Shown here: positions 12,700-25,150 of the stretch, piece after piece | Numbering within the stretch: the first letter of the stretch is position 1 | Layout: each line of letters starts with the position of its first letter | Assembly: GCA_965287045.1 (NCBI GenBank) | Contig: OZ336876.1 | Coordinates: forward strand, 3,348,001-3,412,000 | Direction of reading: 5' to 3' | Length of the DNA: 64,000 bases | DNA from: Carcharhinus amblyrhynchos | Lineage: Eukaryota | Translations under genes and position numbers: made by a program | Notes under the pieces: model-generated | What the model saw: the letters and a program-made list of their open reading frames with translations, nothing else | Told to the model about the DNA's origin: nothing | Database searches by the model: none

Positions 12700-13860
12700 G
12701 ACATAAGAACCAGGAGCAGCAGTAGGCCATCTGGGGCCCGAGTCTGCTCCACAATTCAATAAGATCATTATTGATTTTTTTTGTGGACTCAGCTTCACTT
12801 ACCCACCCGTTTACCACAACCCTTAATTTCTTCACTGCTCAAAAAATTATGTATCCTTGCCTTAAAAAGCATTCAACGAGGTAGCCTCAACTATTTTACT
12901 GGGCAGGGAATTCTACAGATTCACAACCCTTTGTGTGAAGAAGTTCCTCCTCAAGTCAGTTCTAAATCTGCTTCCCATTATTTTGCGGTTATGCCCCCTA
13001 GTTCTAGTTTCACCCGTCAATGGAAACAATTTCCCTGCGTATACCTTTTCTATTCCCTGCATAATCTTATATGTTTCTATAAGGTCTCCCCTCATCCTTC
13101 TGAATTTCAATGAATATAGCCCTAGTCTACTGAGTCTTTCCTCATAAGCCAACACTCTCAACTCCGGAATCAATGTAGGGAATTTCTTCTGCAGCCCCTC
13201 CAGTTCCCGTATATACTTTCTCAAGTAAGGAGATTAAAACTGTACACAACGCTCCAGGTTTGGCCTCTCCAGCACCTAATACAACTGCAACATAAATTCG
13301 CTGTTTTCAACGCCAGCCCTCTAGCAATGAAGGACAAAATTTCATGTGCCTTCTTAATTGCATGCCGTATCAGCAAACGAACTCCTTGAAATTCCTTCAC
13401 CAGGACACTTAGGTCCCTCTTCACAGCAGCATGCTGCAATTTGTTTACCATTTAAATAATTATCCATTTTGCTGATATTCCTACCAAAATGGATGACCTC
13501 ACAAATGCCAACATTGTACTCCATCTGCAAGACACTCGCCCACTTATAGGCCATCTATATCCCTTTGGAGACTTTCAGCATCCACTGCAAGCTTTGCTCT
13601 TCCACCCATCTTAGAGCCGTCTGCAAATTTTGACACACTACACTTGGTCGCCAGCTCCAAATCATCTATGTACATCGTAAACAATTGCAGTCCCAACACT
13701 GATCCCTGAGGCACACCACTAGTCACTGATTGCCAACCAGAAAAAAAACACCTATTTACCCCCACTCTTTGTTTGCTGTTAGTTAACCAATCGTCTATTC
13801 ATACTAACATATTGTCCGTAACACCGTACACTTTTATCTTAAGTGGCAGCCTTTGGTGTG
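12700..13860 (-). mobile_element. CR1 LINE 3' part
   Basis: ORFs SGVPQGSVLG, SKFADG, QMEYNVG.CEVIHFG, YEERLSRLGLYSL, RRNFFTQRVVNL. Confidence 0.95.
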
Positions 13861-14294
13861 ACTTATGCCGCACATTTGAAGGTTTCCTCTGGGCGGAATA
13901 AAAAAGATCAAGACAAAAATGGCATTATCGAGTACTTCCAAAACATATGAAATTAATTGCAGTTATTTAAGAAAGATAAAATAAAATGAGCAGGTGGCAA
14001 AATGGGCACGCGATTTAAAAGAGCATCGTTGAGCTCTGCGTAAGTGACCCAATTGGTTACTTTTTTTTATCTGCGTCATTACTTTCAATAACTACTTAGC
14101 TATTAACATCTCTTTGCATGACGAGTGATTCCTATTGCTCTATTAGCAAAGCAACGTTACCTTTTTGTTGCGTATCCATTTGGACTGCAGCATTGAGTCT
14201 CAGGAGGCTAAAAAAAATACCAATTTATAGTTGTTTCATCCTGGAAAATGTGTTCCTTCTTACCCAAGCTAAATAATATTCTCTTCTTCCACAG

Positions 14295-14332
14295 GCACAG
14301 TGAGCAACCGCCAGACCTTCAGGTTTTCACGA
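14295..14332 (+). CDS. Cytoplasmic exon 3 (RTVSNRQTFRFSR)
   Basis: ctcttcttccacag|GC ... CGA|gtaagt; 38 bp, phase 1-0. Confidence 0.72.
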
Positions 14333-15679
14333 GTAAGTTTGCAGTTTTTATTCATTTCTTCACTTTTCTTGATTCCAATCTTTTGTCTGTGTTGAATGTC
14401 TATACTTTCTATGGGAAACGTTTTCCTTTATATATTTTTTTTAATTTCATCATGACGAATATATCAAACCTTTTTTTTAAAAAACGACGACTGTTCGCAG
14501 GAGAGAGTTTCAAAGAAATCACTCAACATTTAGAGTTGGTCCTCCCATCAAACGGTTTATATTCGCTGGCGGGGAGATGGCTTCTGTTAAAACCAATGCC
14601 TCTCTCCGACGAACGAAGGAGAAACACCCATTCTTATACATTTTTCAAACATCTACACAGCCAATGTCGGTTGGACCGTGTCCAATAATATTGATTTCAG
14701 ATTACATACAGCAGTCACATATCCAATTAAAAAAGGCTTGTGCATGATCAGCTCGTGATCTCATGGACGCGACTCATGGTATCTCATCAATATTGTCTTT
14801 CTTTCTCCCATCTGGAGTACTTGACTGTACAATACTTTTTGTCCAGTGGGCCTCCTTATCATCTTCCATGACTGTCCTCCCTAATCCTCATTGGCTGATT
14901 TTCATCAGAGACGTCAGATCATGAACTAGTACCATTCACCAGTATCTATGACCTTGTACAGAAGCTTATGCTCAAGCCAACTAATGGTGTTCAGGAATGT
15001 GGCTAACCCAACTAGTATCAATTTTGTGTCGTTTTAAAATTCTGAACTCCTGTTAACAGGGTGAAACTTACATGCATGCCTTCTGTCATCGCATAACAAT
15101 AAATTCATGCACATCTATGATATACTATTTATCCCTGCCGACACATATTGCTATACAGGTAACTACGAATATAAATTATTATCCCGGTGCATATTATTCC
15201 ATCTAAACCTATTCTCTATTTTTTTCTTCAACCACGACCAACAAAGAAACTAATGGCATTGTAGACTGCTTCAAAGCAGGGATCTTCAAGATTTTATAGG
15301 ATATCCTCGAATAAATTGTAAAAAAAACCAGAATTACTTAGAGGATCAATAGTCGTTTTGCTTTAAACACAGTACGACAAAGAGAGGATCTAGAGTTGTA
15401 AGTTGAGGTATTGCATCCCAACAAGTCACTGATTACGAGTGCAAAGATTCCTCCGCACACTCTGAGAACATTCCTTCTGTTATCATTATCTGTTCCAATT
15501 GTCACAGTATCAGTATATAGAAGAAAATGTGTTTACAGCGTAACAACATGCAGAGGGATGTTTCGACCGTGAGGCTTCTAAACTGAGCTGCATCTCTGCG
15601 GCTATCAAGTGTTTAGATCAATATTTGTTTTCCAGTTTTGGCCAATGCGTACCATATACAGCATACACACATGCTCACA

Positions 15680-15989
15680 AACACAGAGATGGACACAAGA
15701 GTGGAATTAATAGTAACACAGAGTGACACATACACGCACACAAACACACACACATGGAGGCACAGAGTTACACAAGCACACATTGATATGCAAACGCCTA
15801 TGCATACATGACCCAAGTTCACAGAGGGAGAGACAGATCCACACAAACACACACAGAGGAAAACAACGGCACTGACTCAGGCTTGAGTGCATGCACACAG
15901 ATGAACACACAGGCATAGCTTGACGCAGGAACACGCAAAAGTACAAATTCAGAGACAAGCAGACTTGTGCATGCAAATACAGACGCGCA

Positions 15990-16035
<46 letters not shown>

Positions 16036-16060
16036 CAGCTTCATACACACCTGTGCACAT
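15680..16060 (+). repeat. CA-rich low-complexity tract with pure (AC)20 at 15993-16032
   Basis: Direct reading. Confidence 0.95.
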
Positions 16061-16142
16061 ACACAGGAGCGACCATGCTTTGAAACAGAAAATTGATGTT
16101 TGGAAATTATGTATAAATCTTATATGTTGCAATTACATTAAG

Positions 16143-16280
16143 GGTCTGGAGCCCCAGGCGCAAGAGGACGGAGGGACCGCCTATTTCGCCAACCACAGTA
16201 CCGAATTTCTGAATGACACAGAGCTCACGTCAAGAAGATCGCAAAAGAAATCTTATTTTATCACATTCATGGAACAATAA
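16143..16280 (+). CDS. Terminal coding exon (GLEPQAQEDGG...KKSYFITFMEQ*)
   Basis: acattaag|GGT, phase 0, GC-richer than its flanks, open to TAA; the acceptor has only a modest pyrimidine tract. Confidence 0.62.
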   Translation, partial: GLEPQAQEDGGTAYFANHSTEFLNDTELTSRRSQKKSYFITFMEQ

Positions 16281-16384
16281 GTTGGATCATCAGGACGGAA
16301 ACTGGTTGTGTATATGAATGACAGAGCAGAATGCGACAAAGAGCTGATCTTATGGCATCCTGCATGTTACTTCAAAGTTAAAGT

Positions 16385-16690
16385 TATGGAACGTGCTGCT
16401 GCCTCGTAACAGCAGGGACCGGGGAACAATTCAGGCCTTGGGTGACGATCTGGGGTTGGAAAGTTCTCTCTGTGTCTATGTCGGGTGCACCAGTTTCCTC
16501 CCACAGTCCATAGGCATGCACATTAGGCGCATTGGCCATGTTAAGTCCTCACTTGTTTTTCGAAGATATGAATATAGGGAGGTAATCGGGATAAAGGCGT
16601 GGGGTTTCGAGGATGGGGTTTGGGAAACATGCTGTTGAAGAGTCACTGCAGACCCGATGGGCCGAATGGCTTCATTTTGGACTGACCATT
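16385..16690 (+). mobile_element. HE1-type tRNA SINE
   Basis: gctgctgcctc..agggaccggg head, ggccatgttaa core, gatgggccgaatggc tail. Confidence 0.75.
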
Positions 16691-16871
16691 TTACAATTAA
16701 TTTTGAAATGATAATGCGCAAATCGCCACTGCTAACATCATAATTCAAATAATGGCCTTCATTCATGACTGCTGTTAACAATTATGTTGATTGGTCATCC
16801 TGGAACATGCATGATACCATCCTTCTTCTGCCAAATATTGACAAGTCTGAATAGAAAGCGATACACGTGTA

Positions 16872-16877
16872 AATAAA
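16872..16877 (+). promoter_or_regulatory. Candidate polyadenylation signal of the HIDE1-like gene
   Basis: AATAAA about 590 nt downstream of the predicted stop. Confidence 0.3.
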
Positions 16878-19289
16878 ATATTGCATATGCTGGACAGCCT
16901 AAACAAGTTATAAAGTATGTTTGATAAACTCGAGAGACTTTGCAGTGGAGAAACAAAGTTAACGATTGGGATCTAAATGATCCTTCTACAGTGCTGTAAA
17001 ACTTTTGTAAAGGAATTTCAGTTGCCATCTTCCATTATTCATTACAACACAGAAAAAAATCAGTTAGCCATTTAGATTCACAACAATAACTCGGCTTCTC
17101 TGCACAGATGCTGACTGGATTATTCAGGGCTCGGTATATTTGTTCTCTTCCATCGCCAAGACCATATAAAACACTTCCATATTGAGGCCAGTTTCTGAAC
17201 TCCTGTGAGACCATATGTTGTCCATGTTTCCCGTAGTTTTGTTTGATCCGGACCCACTATTCCACCTGCCACACTATTCCTGAGCTGTAGCACCCCATTT
17301 ACAAACTCACACAAATTGTCATTCCTCGTGAAATCCCGGCTGTTTCCCTGCCATCATCTCAATTTTGAAGCTGTGACTCTTCTTTCAACTCCTGATTATC
17401 ACTCCATAACTCTGCGTTCTTCCACATCTCATTTCTCATACAACCCACTCGCCACTCCATGAGTTCTATCATTGATGAAAGTGCATACAGACGTCTAGGA
17501 CATTATCTCTGACATCCGAAGTCTAAATCAGACCACCTAAATTTCCTCCTAAACAGCACAGCTTCAAACCGACCTCTTTCTTCGACATTAGGTTCCAAAT
17601 GTTCACCTTTCCTGCTTCAGAAGGAAATTAAACATAAACATCATGGTCTGCGGATAAAAGAGAGGGCTGTGAAATATTACTGTTGTTTCTTCCATTGTTC
17701 GCTGCTGAGGAAAATAAGGAATAAACTCTCAATGGCAAACGAAGTTGTGTCTCTTGCCAATAATTCAATACAAATGTACGCTAAGTCGTTATTAATCAGT
17801 TAAAAGGCACAGATGAACTGCAGATTTGCCATGAGGATGCAAAAGATGGTGCATATCACACACTTCTAGATAATCAAGAAGCTAAACTTCCCCTGAGAGT
17901 TGAAATAACTTATTATGTTGTTTAATGGTGGTGTGCAGCTTCACCAGGTTTTAGAGTGACACCACATAAGTTAACATTCTTCTGTATTACGTGTGGAGTG
18001 TATGAGAGAGACAACGATTGGCAGATGAAGAATTAGACAGGAAGAGGGACAGAGGGACAGCTTAGGAATTCTGTAGAAACGGAAACATAATCAGCCGACC
18101 GCAGATCGGCTACCGACCATAATTTTGCATGAAAAGGAGAATATTAGTTGATTGCTTGAGGCGTTAGAATTTATATTCATTTTATATTTTGGGAGTGTTA
18201 CCGATATCTGAAACATGACCTGCTAAATGCACCTGTTATTGTCACCGACATCATCGTTGGGGAGAGAGATGTAAACAAAAAGAGTACAAATTACAATATG
18301 TTTTGCTTTTGTCTAAAATAGATACTTCCCAATGTTGATTTAGCAATCTATGCCTACGCCAGGTCAGGTTCGAAAATGTTTATATGCCAACCCTGTTTAT
18401 TTATTTTAAGTGTAAGAATATCATTATGACCAAAATCCAACCGTGAGAAAGCAATTTCAGAATATTAAAAAACAATTTCAGTGCAGTCCAAAATAATATT
18501 TGCTTGGTACTTCACTATTCATTTTTGTCCAGATCTTGAGAAGATTATAAATTAGCTACCCAGGAATGAACGGATATAAAAATAGGCAGCCATAAAAAAA
18601 CACTTTAAAATTGGTCAAGAAGCAGGCAAAGCCAGAAAGCTGTCAAGGGGTCTATTTATAGCTGGAGTGTCCAATTATACAGCTGGTCCTGGGGCATTTC
18701 ACTGAAGACAATAAATTTAATTTGGCATTTTCATGTATGGCCTCGAGATTTGGATCCATGCGTTATTCTGATGAGTTTAAGGCAGAACCGGTTTAGATTT
18801 GTTTCATTTTACTGAGATGGGCTTGAGAAGAAAGGGAATGAGTTAAATCTCCGATCCACAAAGTGTTCTTCACTCCTTGTCTTTCCAAAATGTCACATGT
18901 TCACACCCAAGAGGTGGAACATGGGACCTATTTCTGGAAGCAGCATCGAGATGGTGACTTGATTAAGCAGATTGTGTCTCTCAGTAATGTAACACAGCAT
19001 CTGCTGTCACCTAGCATCGTTTTTTTGCAGATCTTTAAAGAAGCCCATGCCAATATATATCTTGAATTCTGACATCTACCCTAAATTGGGGCGGTGGTGC
19101 AGATTGTGACCTGACTTTCTCTGAATTCACTGTTGTTTTCAATGTGGGAGAATTATTTCTGGAGTGGAACCTATTCTGTTTTGAATACCTTCAAACATTT
19201 TTTGCACTCATTTATACATATATAGATATAAATGTATAGTATGCAGGATATATTTTATCAACTTTGATAACAAGAACGGAAATGCAGAA

Positions 19290-20290
19290 TATTATGTCAA
19301 TAGCCATTAATTTGTAGAGGGGAGTGCACAACACGACCTGGGTGTAGATGAAAAGTGAGGATTGTTGCAATTATGCAGGACCTTGGTGAGATCACACCTG
19401 GAATATTGTGAAACGTGTTGGTCTCCTTGTCCGAAGAAGAATATTCTCGCTCTGGAGGGAGTGCAGAGAAGGTTCACCAAACTGTTATCTGGGATGACAG
19501 GACTGACGTAGGTGGAGATATTAAGTCGGTTTGGATTCTATTCACTAGAATTCAGAAAAATGAGAATGAACTCACAGAATCCTGTAAAGTTCTAATAGCA
19601 CTTGACAAGTTCGATTCAATTAGGTTGTCCGCAAGGGTTGTGATGCCAGCACGTGGGGTCTCACTCTGAGGATGCAGGGTGGATAGTTTAGGACGGTGAT
19701 GAAGGAAAAAAAAAACGTGAATAGTCAGCTTGAACCAAAGACAATAGTTGTGTCGATGGCCTTTTGGTGTTATCGTTATACTATTAATTTGGAAATTCAG
19801 CTAATGTTCTGAGGGAACGGGTTTCGAATCCCACAGCAAGTGGTGGAATATGAATTCAATGAATAACATCTGGAATTACGAATCTAATAATGAACATGAA
19901 AACATTGTTGATTGGAAATCTTCTGTCCTTACACGGTCTGGCCTGCATGAGACTCAACAGCGACAGCAACGTGATTGATTCTGAACTGACCTCTGAAATA
20001 GCCTAATAAGCCATTCAGTTCAAGGGCGATTTTGATGAGCAACAATGCTGGCCAGCCAGCGATGCCTATGTTTCACGAATGAAGAAAAAATAAGTCTAAA
20101 GCATTAAATGTTTTCGAGAGGTACCTATAGATAGCACTTTCAGGCGAAGGGGATCAAAGGAAATGAGGGTTGGCAGGGTTAGGCTATTGAGTTGGATGAT
20201 CTGCCATGATAAATGAGAATGATGAAACAGGCTCCAGGGGCCGAATTACGTCACCTGCTCCTATTTTCTATTAATTTATGCTACTATGTT
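19290..20290 (+). mobile_element. CR1 3' fragment interrupted by a SINE
   Basis: LVRSHLEYC, LEGVQRRFT remnants to about 19750; CR1 tail resumes about 20095. Confidence 0.8.
19751..20090 (+). mobile_element. Deu-domain (SacSINE1-like) SINE
   Basis: tRNA-like head (ggtttcgaatccc), ggtggaa..tgaattcaat..tctggaatta, ggtctggcct, gctggccagccagcgatgcc..gaatgaa + A tail. Confidence 0.75.
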
Positions 20291-20529
20291 CCAATATTTT
20301 GATGTTCGTTGTTTTTATGTGATCCAATTTCCCTGTCATCATTAATAACATTATGTTATTTATCGGGGAACAGTGCACAGTACTGATTTAGCACTACTAT
20401 CATGTCTCGTGCTTGCACAATAAGCTTTCCATTTTGATCACTTCAACATCGTTCTATCTGCAAAAAAAAGTCCAGTGTGAATCTAATTACCTATCATTTC
20501 TCTTTGATCTATCGTTTGCGATCTATTTT

Positions 20530-21570
20530 ATATAAGAACATAACATAAAAACCGACCACTTGAGCCTACTCTGCCATTCAAGAAAGTCATAGCTGATCAT
20601 TTCGTGGACTCAGCACCATTTACCTGCCTACTCAACATAACCTTTAATTGCTTTTCTGTTCAAATATGTATCCAACTTTGCTTTTAAAACGTTCAATAAA
20701 TTAGCCTGAACTGCTTCACTGCGCGGGAATTTCACAAAAGCACAATCCTTTGGATGAAGAAGTTACTCCACAACTCAGTCCTAAATCTGCCTCCACCACC
20801 CCCACCCCCACCCACCCTCCCGCCCCCCACCCCCCATCTTGAAGCCTTGCCCCCTAGTTTTTGTTTTACCTGCCGGTGGAAGCAAGCTTCATACTTCTAT
20901 CTTATCTGTTCCCTTCACAATCTTATTTTGCTCCATAAGATCTCCCCTTATTCTTCTGAAGCCCAATCAGTCTGTCCTCATAAACTAGCCCTCGCAACCC
21001 CAGAATCAACTTAGTGAATCTATGTTGCATCCCATCAGTGCCAGTATATCTTCCCTCAGGTAAGAAACCCAAAACTATACACAGTGTTCCAGTGGTGACG
21101 TCACCAGCACCTTCTACATCTGCAACATGACCTCCTCGTTTTAAAATTCATCTCATTCAATGAAGGATAAAGTTCAGTTGTCTTCTTAATTACCTGTTGC
21201 AACTGCAAACCAACTTTTTTTGTGATTAATCCACAGGCACACAGCACCCTCTGCACATTTTTACAAATTAAATGATATTCCATTTTGCTTCTTTTCCTAC
21301 AAAAATCGATGACCTCACATTTACCATCATTGTACTCCATCTGCCCACTCACTTAGAACATCTATATCTCTTTGCAGATTTACAATGTCCTTTGTACACT
21401 TTGCTGTACCACTCATCTTAGTATCATCTCTGAATTTTGAGACACTGCATTTGGTCCCCAAGTCCCAACTCCAATGTGAATTTTAAAAATTCGCTGTCTC
21501 AGCATTATTCCCTGAGGAAAATCATTAGTCACTGATCGCCAACTGGAAAAAAAACACCAACTTACCCCCA
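20530..21570 (-). mobile_element. CR1 LINE 3' part
   Basis: QMEYNDGKCEVIDF; tail ataagaacata; related to 12700-13860. Confidence 0.9.
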
Positions 21571-22559
21571 TTATTTTCTTTATTTTAGCTTATTTTGTTT
21601 GTTAGTTATTTTCAAATAATGTTCTGGCACTTCCTATCATGCCGAACAGTCTACCATTCTCATTACATTTTTGTTCCTTCATTTTTCTTCGTTCAGTTCC
21701 TTCTGCACCCTATTTTAATTAGCGTGGTGTGTCAACTGCTGGATAGACATTTGCACCTTTATTTATTTAATAATTGGACTGTGTGAATTAAAAAACGATC
21801 TGTATTGCAATTAAAACGAGTTCAGGTCATGGTTAGAGTGGCATTGAACATATTATTCCGTTCCCGGGGTATTATGTGTACCAACGGGAAACATGAAACT
21901 CCTCGCGGTGATCACAGCTAAGCTGCAAACATGACCTTTTTTTTAAGGAAGTTACTCCTTTATTTTATCACAAGAGAAACGAAGCAGCAGTATGCCCTAT
22001 AGGACTACTTGAACGTGCTCTGCAATTCGTTAAGATAAATTGGATATGATGTTGTCAGCAATTAACTCTCCTGCTGGCCCCCATAACCTTTGACTGCTCT
22101 ACATTCAAAACTGATGTCCATCTCATCCCTGAATGGATCAAAATTCTAAGGCATCACAACTCTTGGGAAGGAGATTTCAATGACTAACGAACATCTGAGA
22201 GAAAACTTTCTTCTGTGCGACTATCTTTATTGAGTGAGAGCTTAATCTGTGAATAACATCAATTACCTTTTTTCTAACAGGATACCACAGTGGTTGGCTA
22301 GTCAATGATTTATTATTCATCACTGGTGGGCCTTGGGAAGCCCTACGCCGTCACCTCAAAACTCGCTGTACGGTTGGAGTTCGACTTTCCTCTGATTATA
22401 ATTCACAGTCCTTGCTGTAATGGTCAATAACCAAATTGGCATCTACATTAATATTGGCATTGTATGTCAATTCTGGAACTTCAAACATCAGGGTAACCGG
22501 ACCTACATTTAAGCTACTTTCTACAGACTCGACAAAAGAGCATTCTACCCAGATCTACT

Positions 22560-22780
22560 CCCGTCCCCTCCCCCCGCCTTCAATTCGTATTTCCATGCAT
22601 AGTTTCCATGACCAGTCCACCTAAACTACACGCCTGCAGACTGTGAGAGCAAACCCAGACAGAGACAGACAAAAAAAAAGCCCACGTAGTCACCCAACGC
22701 CAGGATCGATCCCGGATTTCGGGAAGGATCTCTGGTGAGTCAACAGTTTAAACCATTCTGGTACCATGCCGCCCAGCGAA
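22560..22780 (-). mobile_element. HE1-type SINE, degraded
   Basis: catgaccagtccacctaaactacacg core in reverse; ggatcgatcccgg B-box remnant. Confidence 0.55.
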
Positions 22781-23089
22781 CAAAAATATATATGTTAATG
22801 TTTATTGTATTTTTGTGTAGTGCTTTAGTCCGTTCCTACTTAATTCAGGATTACAGGAAATAACAGAAAATGGTCCAAATAATGCATAAAATAGTTTTTT
22901 TTTACAGTGACAATTAATAGGACGTCTGTTTTTAGTCGAAATGACTTGTTTGTGCCAAAGTTCTACTGGCAATTTCATCTCATGTAATGCAATGAATGAT
23001 GTTACACTGTGATATTCCATGGTTTTGCCCTTATATGCTTCACCTTCGTAAGTTTCATTCTTCCAAGATCAGAGCCAGCTTATGTTTTA

Positions 23090-23470
23090 ATTATGTCATG
23101 GGATGTGGGCGTTACTGCTGAGCATATCATTCGTTGCTCAACCATAGTTGCCCATGATCTCAATGGGTTGCTCAGCCATTGCAGAAGGCACTGAAGGTTC
23201 AAACGCAATGCTGCGGGCCTGGACTTACATGCTGGCTCAAATGAAATGGATGACAGTTTGGTGTATTGGAAGACCAATAGTGAACTAAATAGATTCTGAC
23301 AACAGGAATCAACGATAGTTTAGTTTTCACTATGGCTGAGATTTGATGTAGACTCCAGAGTTCACTGGTTGAATTCAGATTCCATCAGCTGTAGCATTTT
23401 TAATTTGAACACATTCACCCAAAGCATTATCATGGACCTTTGGAATACGTATTCCGTAACACTATCAATT
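23090..23470 (-). mobile_element. Deu-domain SINE, degraded
   Basis: Reverse match to the 19751-20090 type (tgaattcagattccatcagctg). Confidence 0.6.
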
Positions 23471-24672
23471 TCGCAGACTTAGAATTATATTGTTAAAATC
23501 CAGCCCCAGTCATTCACGCAGGAGACACATACAAAATGTTGCGGTACTACCAAAATAGTTATAGAAGAACACAATGTGAGCAGAATTGTTTAGATATTAA
23601 TAATAAATTAAAAAAAATAAGTGTGTGCCAATGTGACAGTTGTAGGCCCCAGCTCAGACTTCTTGGTTGTAAAAAAAGGCACCTAATTCAATGTAGACGC
23701 TATTTGCTAAACATGCATATGGAGAGATCATAGCCATTGCACTGTGGAAAAAAAATAATACTTGATGAGTATAACATCGGCGGTAGTTGCCAGAGGCCGT
23801 CCATCAAGAACGCTGATGGACATGCCGCAACAAGTTAGTTCAGATGGCGTGTCGTCATCTGGCTGTAATTCGCTGATAGATGAAAAGACAATCCATTTGA
23901 GGCAGACTCTGCCTCATATAATGCACATGCAGCCTACTGGTGTCATTTGTGCGTGGATGTTTACGGCTTCGGCCTCCATTTGCAAGTTGCTGCAACCACG
24001 GTTCATCGTCCTGGCCCATGCAAGGCAAACTGATATGTTTTCATTTCCTCCTGCTCGTGATTCTCAGATGCGATAATGATTGTTAGGGCCTTCATGTCAT
24101 GTGTGCTGTCATCCCAGAACCGAGATCTGGCAGGTTCACTTTTATTTAGCAAACTCATAAAAGTGATAATATTTGGCCTCTAAAAGTCTCACTCCTGCCG
24201 ATGTCTCTGAGCAAGGGAATCTGTTTTGTAAATGATAGAAAAAACATGTTCCATCTGCCTTCCGTCAGACTGCTAGTCGTGATTTTAATGTTCCACGATA
24301 TATCCATAACATGCGACAAACAGCAAAACTGACTACCCTTCAACCACGTGTCAGATCCACACTAGGTGCCAGCTTGGTATTATTCCATGACCATGTCGTG
24401 AGGCCGCCAATAATAGGGAATGTTTTAGTTTTGAGTCTATCATTTTCCGCACGAAAGAACTATTGTCGGAAAACGTGGAACCCAGGTGGGAAAATGCGCT
24501 CAGCATTTCCACGGAGATGTTATTTACTGTGATTTGCTGGAGTAGCCTTGCAATTGATTGCACGTTGAATAATCTTTACTTTGACTTGAATTTTATGTGA
24601 CTAATCATAAAGGCGGATATAGGCCCAGCACTGATAATGTGGCTGATTTGACTGAAACCCAGGCGAATACTC

Positions 24673-25150
24673 TGGAAGAGATGTTCGACCCCTCGTGGCA
24701 GCTGGTGGAACTTCAATTGGAATAATCACTCAGGAATTAACAGCAAGATATTTTAAGTGTGACCGCCTTGCAATAGTCATTGATTGGTGTGGCAGGGAAA
24801 AGGACAACATAACATGACCCCTTGAGGAAGTTAAGTTGCCGTCTATGTTTTTTAATGGTCCACATGGGCATCCATGTCCACAGCTTAAAAATGACATTGA
24901 GATGTTTCTCTTAAAGTTTAAAGATGGAAGAAACGTTCGACCCCTCGTGGCATCTGGTGGAACTTCAAGTAGAAGAATCACTCAGGAATGAACAGCAAGT
25001 CCTTCTTAAACGTGACCGCCTTGCAGTAGTCATTGATTGGTGTGGCAGGGAAAGGAAAGGATATCATGACCCCTTGGGACAAGTTCCCATTTTTGCCTTT
25101 TAATGGTCCACACGGGCATCGACGTCCACAGATTAAAGATGGCATTGAGA
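24673..25150 (+). repeat. Diverged tandem duplication, period about 252 bp (24673-24902 / 24925-25150)
   Basis: Shared gttcgacccctcgtggca.ctggtggaacttcaa, gtgaccgccttgca.tagtcattgattggtgtggcagggaaa, ttttaatggtccaca.gggcatc. Confidence 0.92.

Larger units (their letters stand above)
4415..16280 (+). other. Gene model (5' leader exon not found): HIDE1/C19orf38-like, LRC-type single-pass Ig receptor; exons 4415-4729, 6858-6956, 7725-7752, 9648-9691, 14295-14332, 16143-16280
   Basis: Six exons with AG/GT boundaries whose phases chain 1-1-1-2-1-0 into one open frame ending in TAA at 16278-16280. Confidence 0.75.

Noticed and set aside
15613-16132. Cys/Val-rich ORFs
   Set aside because: Translation of the CA/TG microsatellite
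18322-18430. Alternative phase-0 last exon ILPNVDLAIYAYAR...
   Set aside because: Lies past the predicted stop and polyA; the Tyr context is not an ITIM; no independent support
23762-24076. 104-aa ORF in the intergenic region
   Set aside because: No recognisable domain or splice sites; cannot be distinguished from chance or an old repeat
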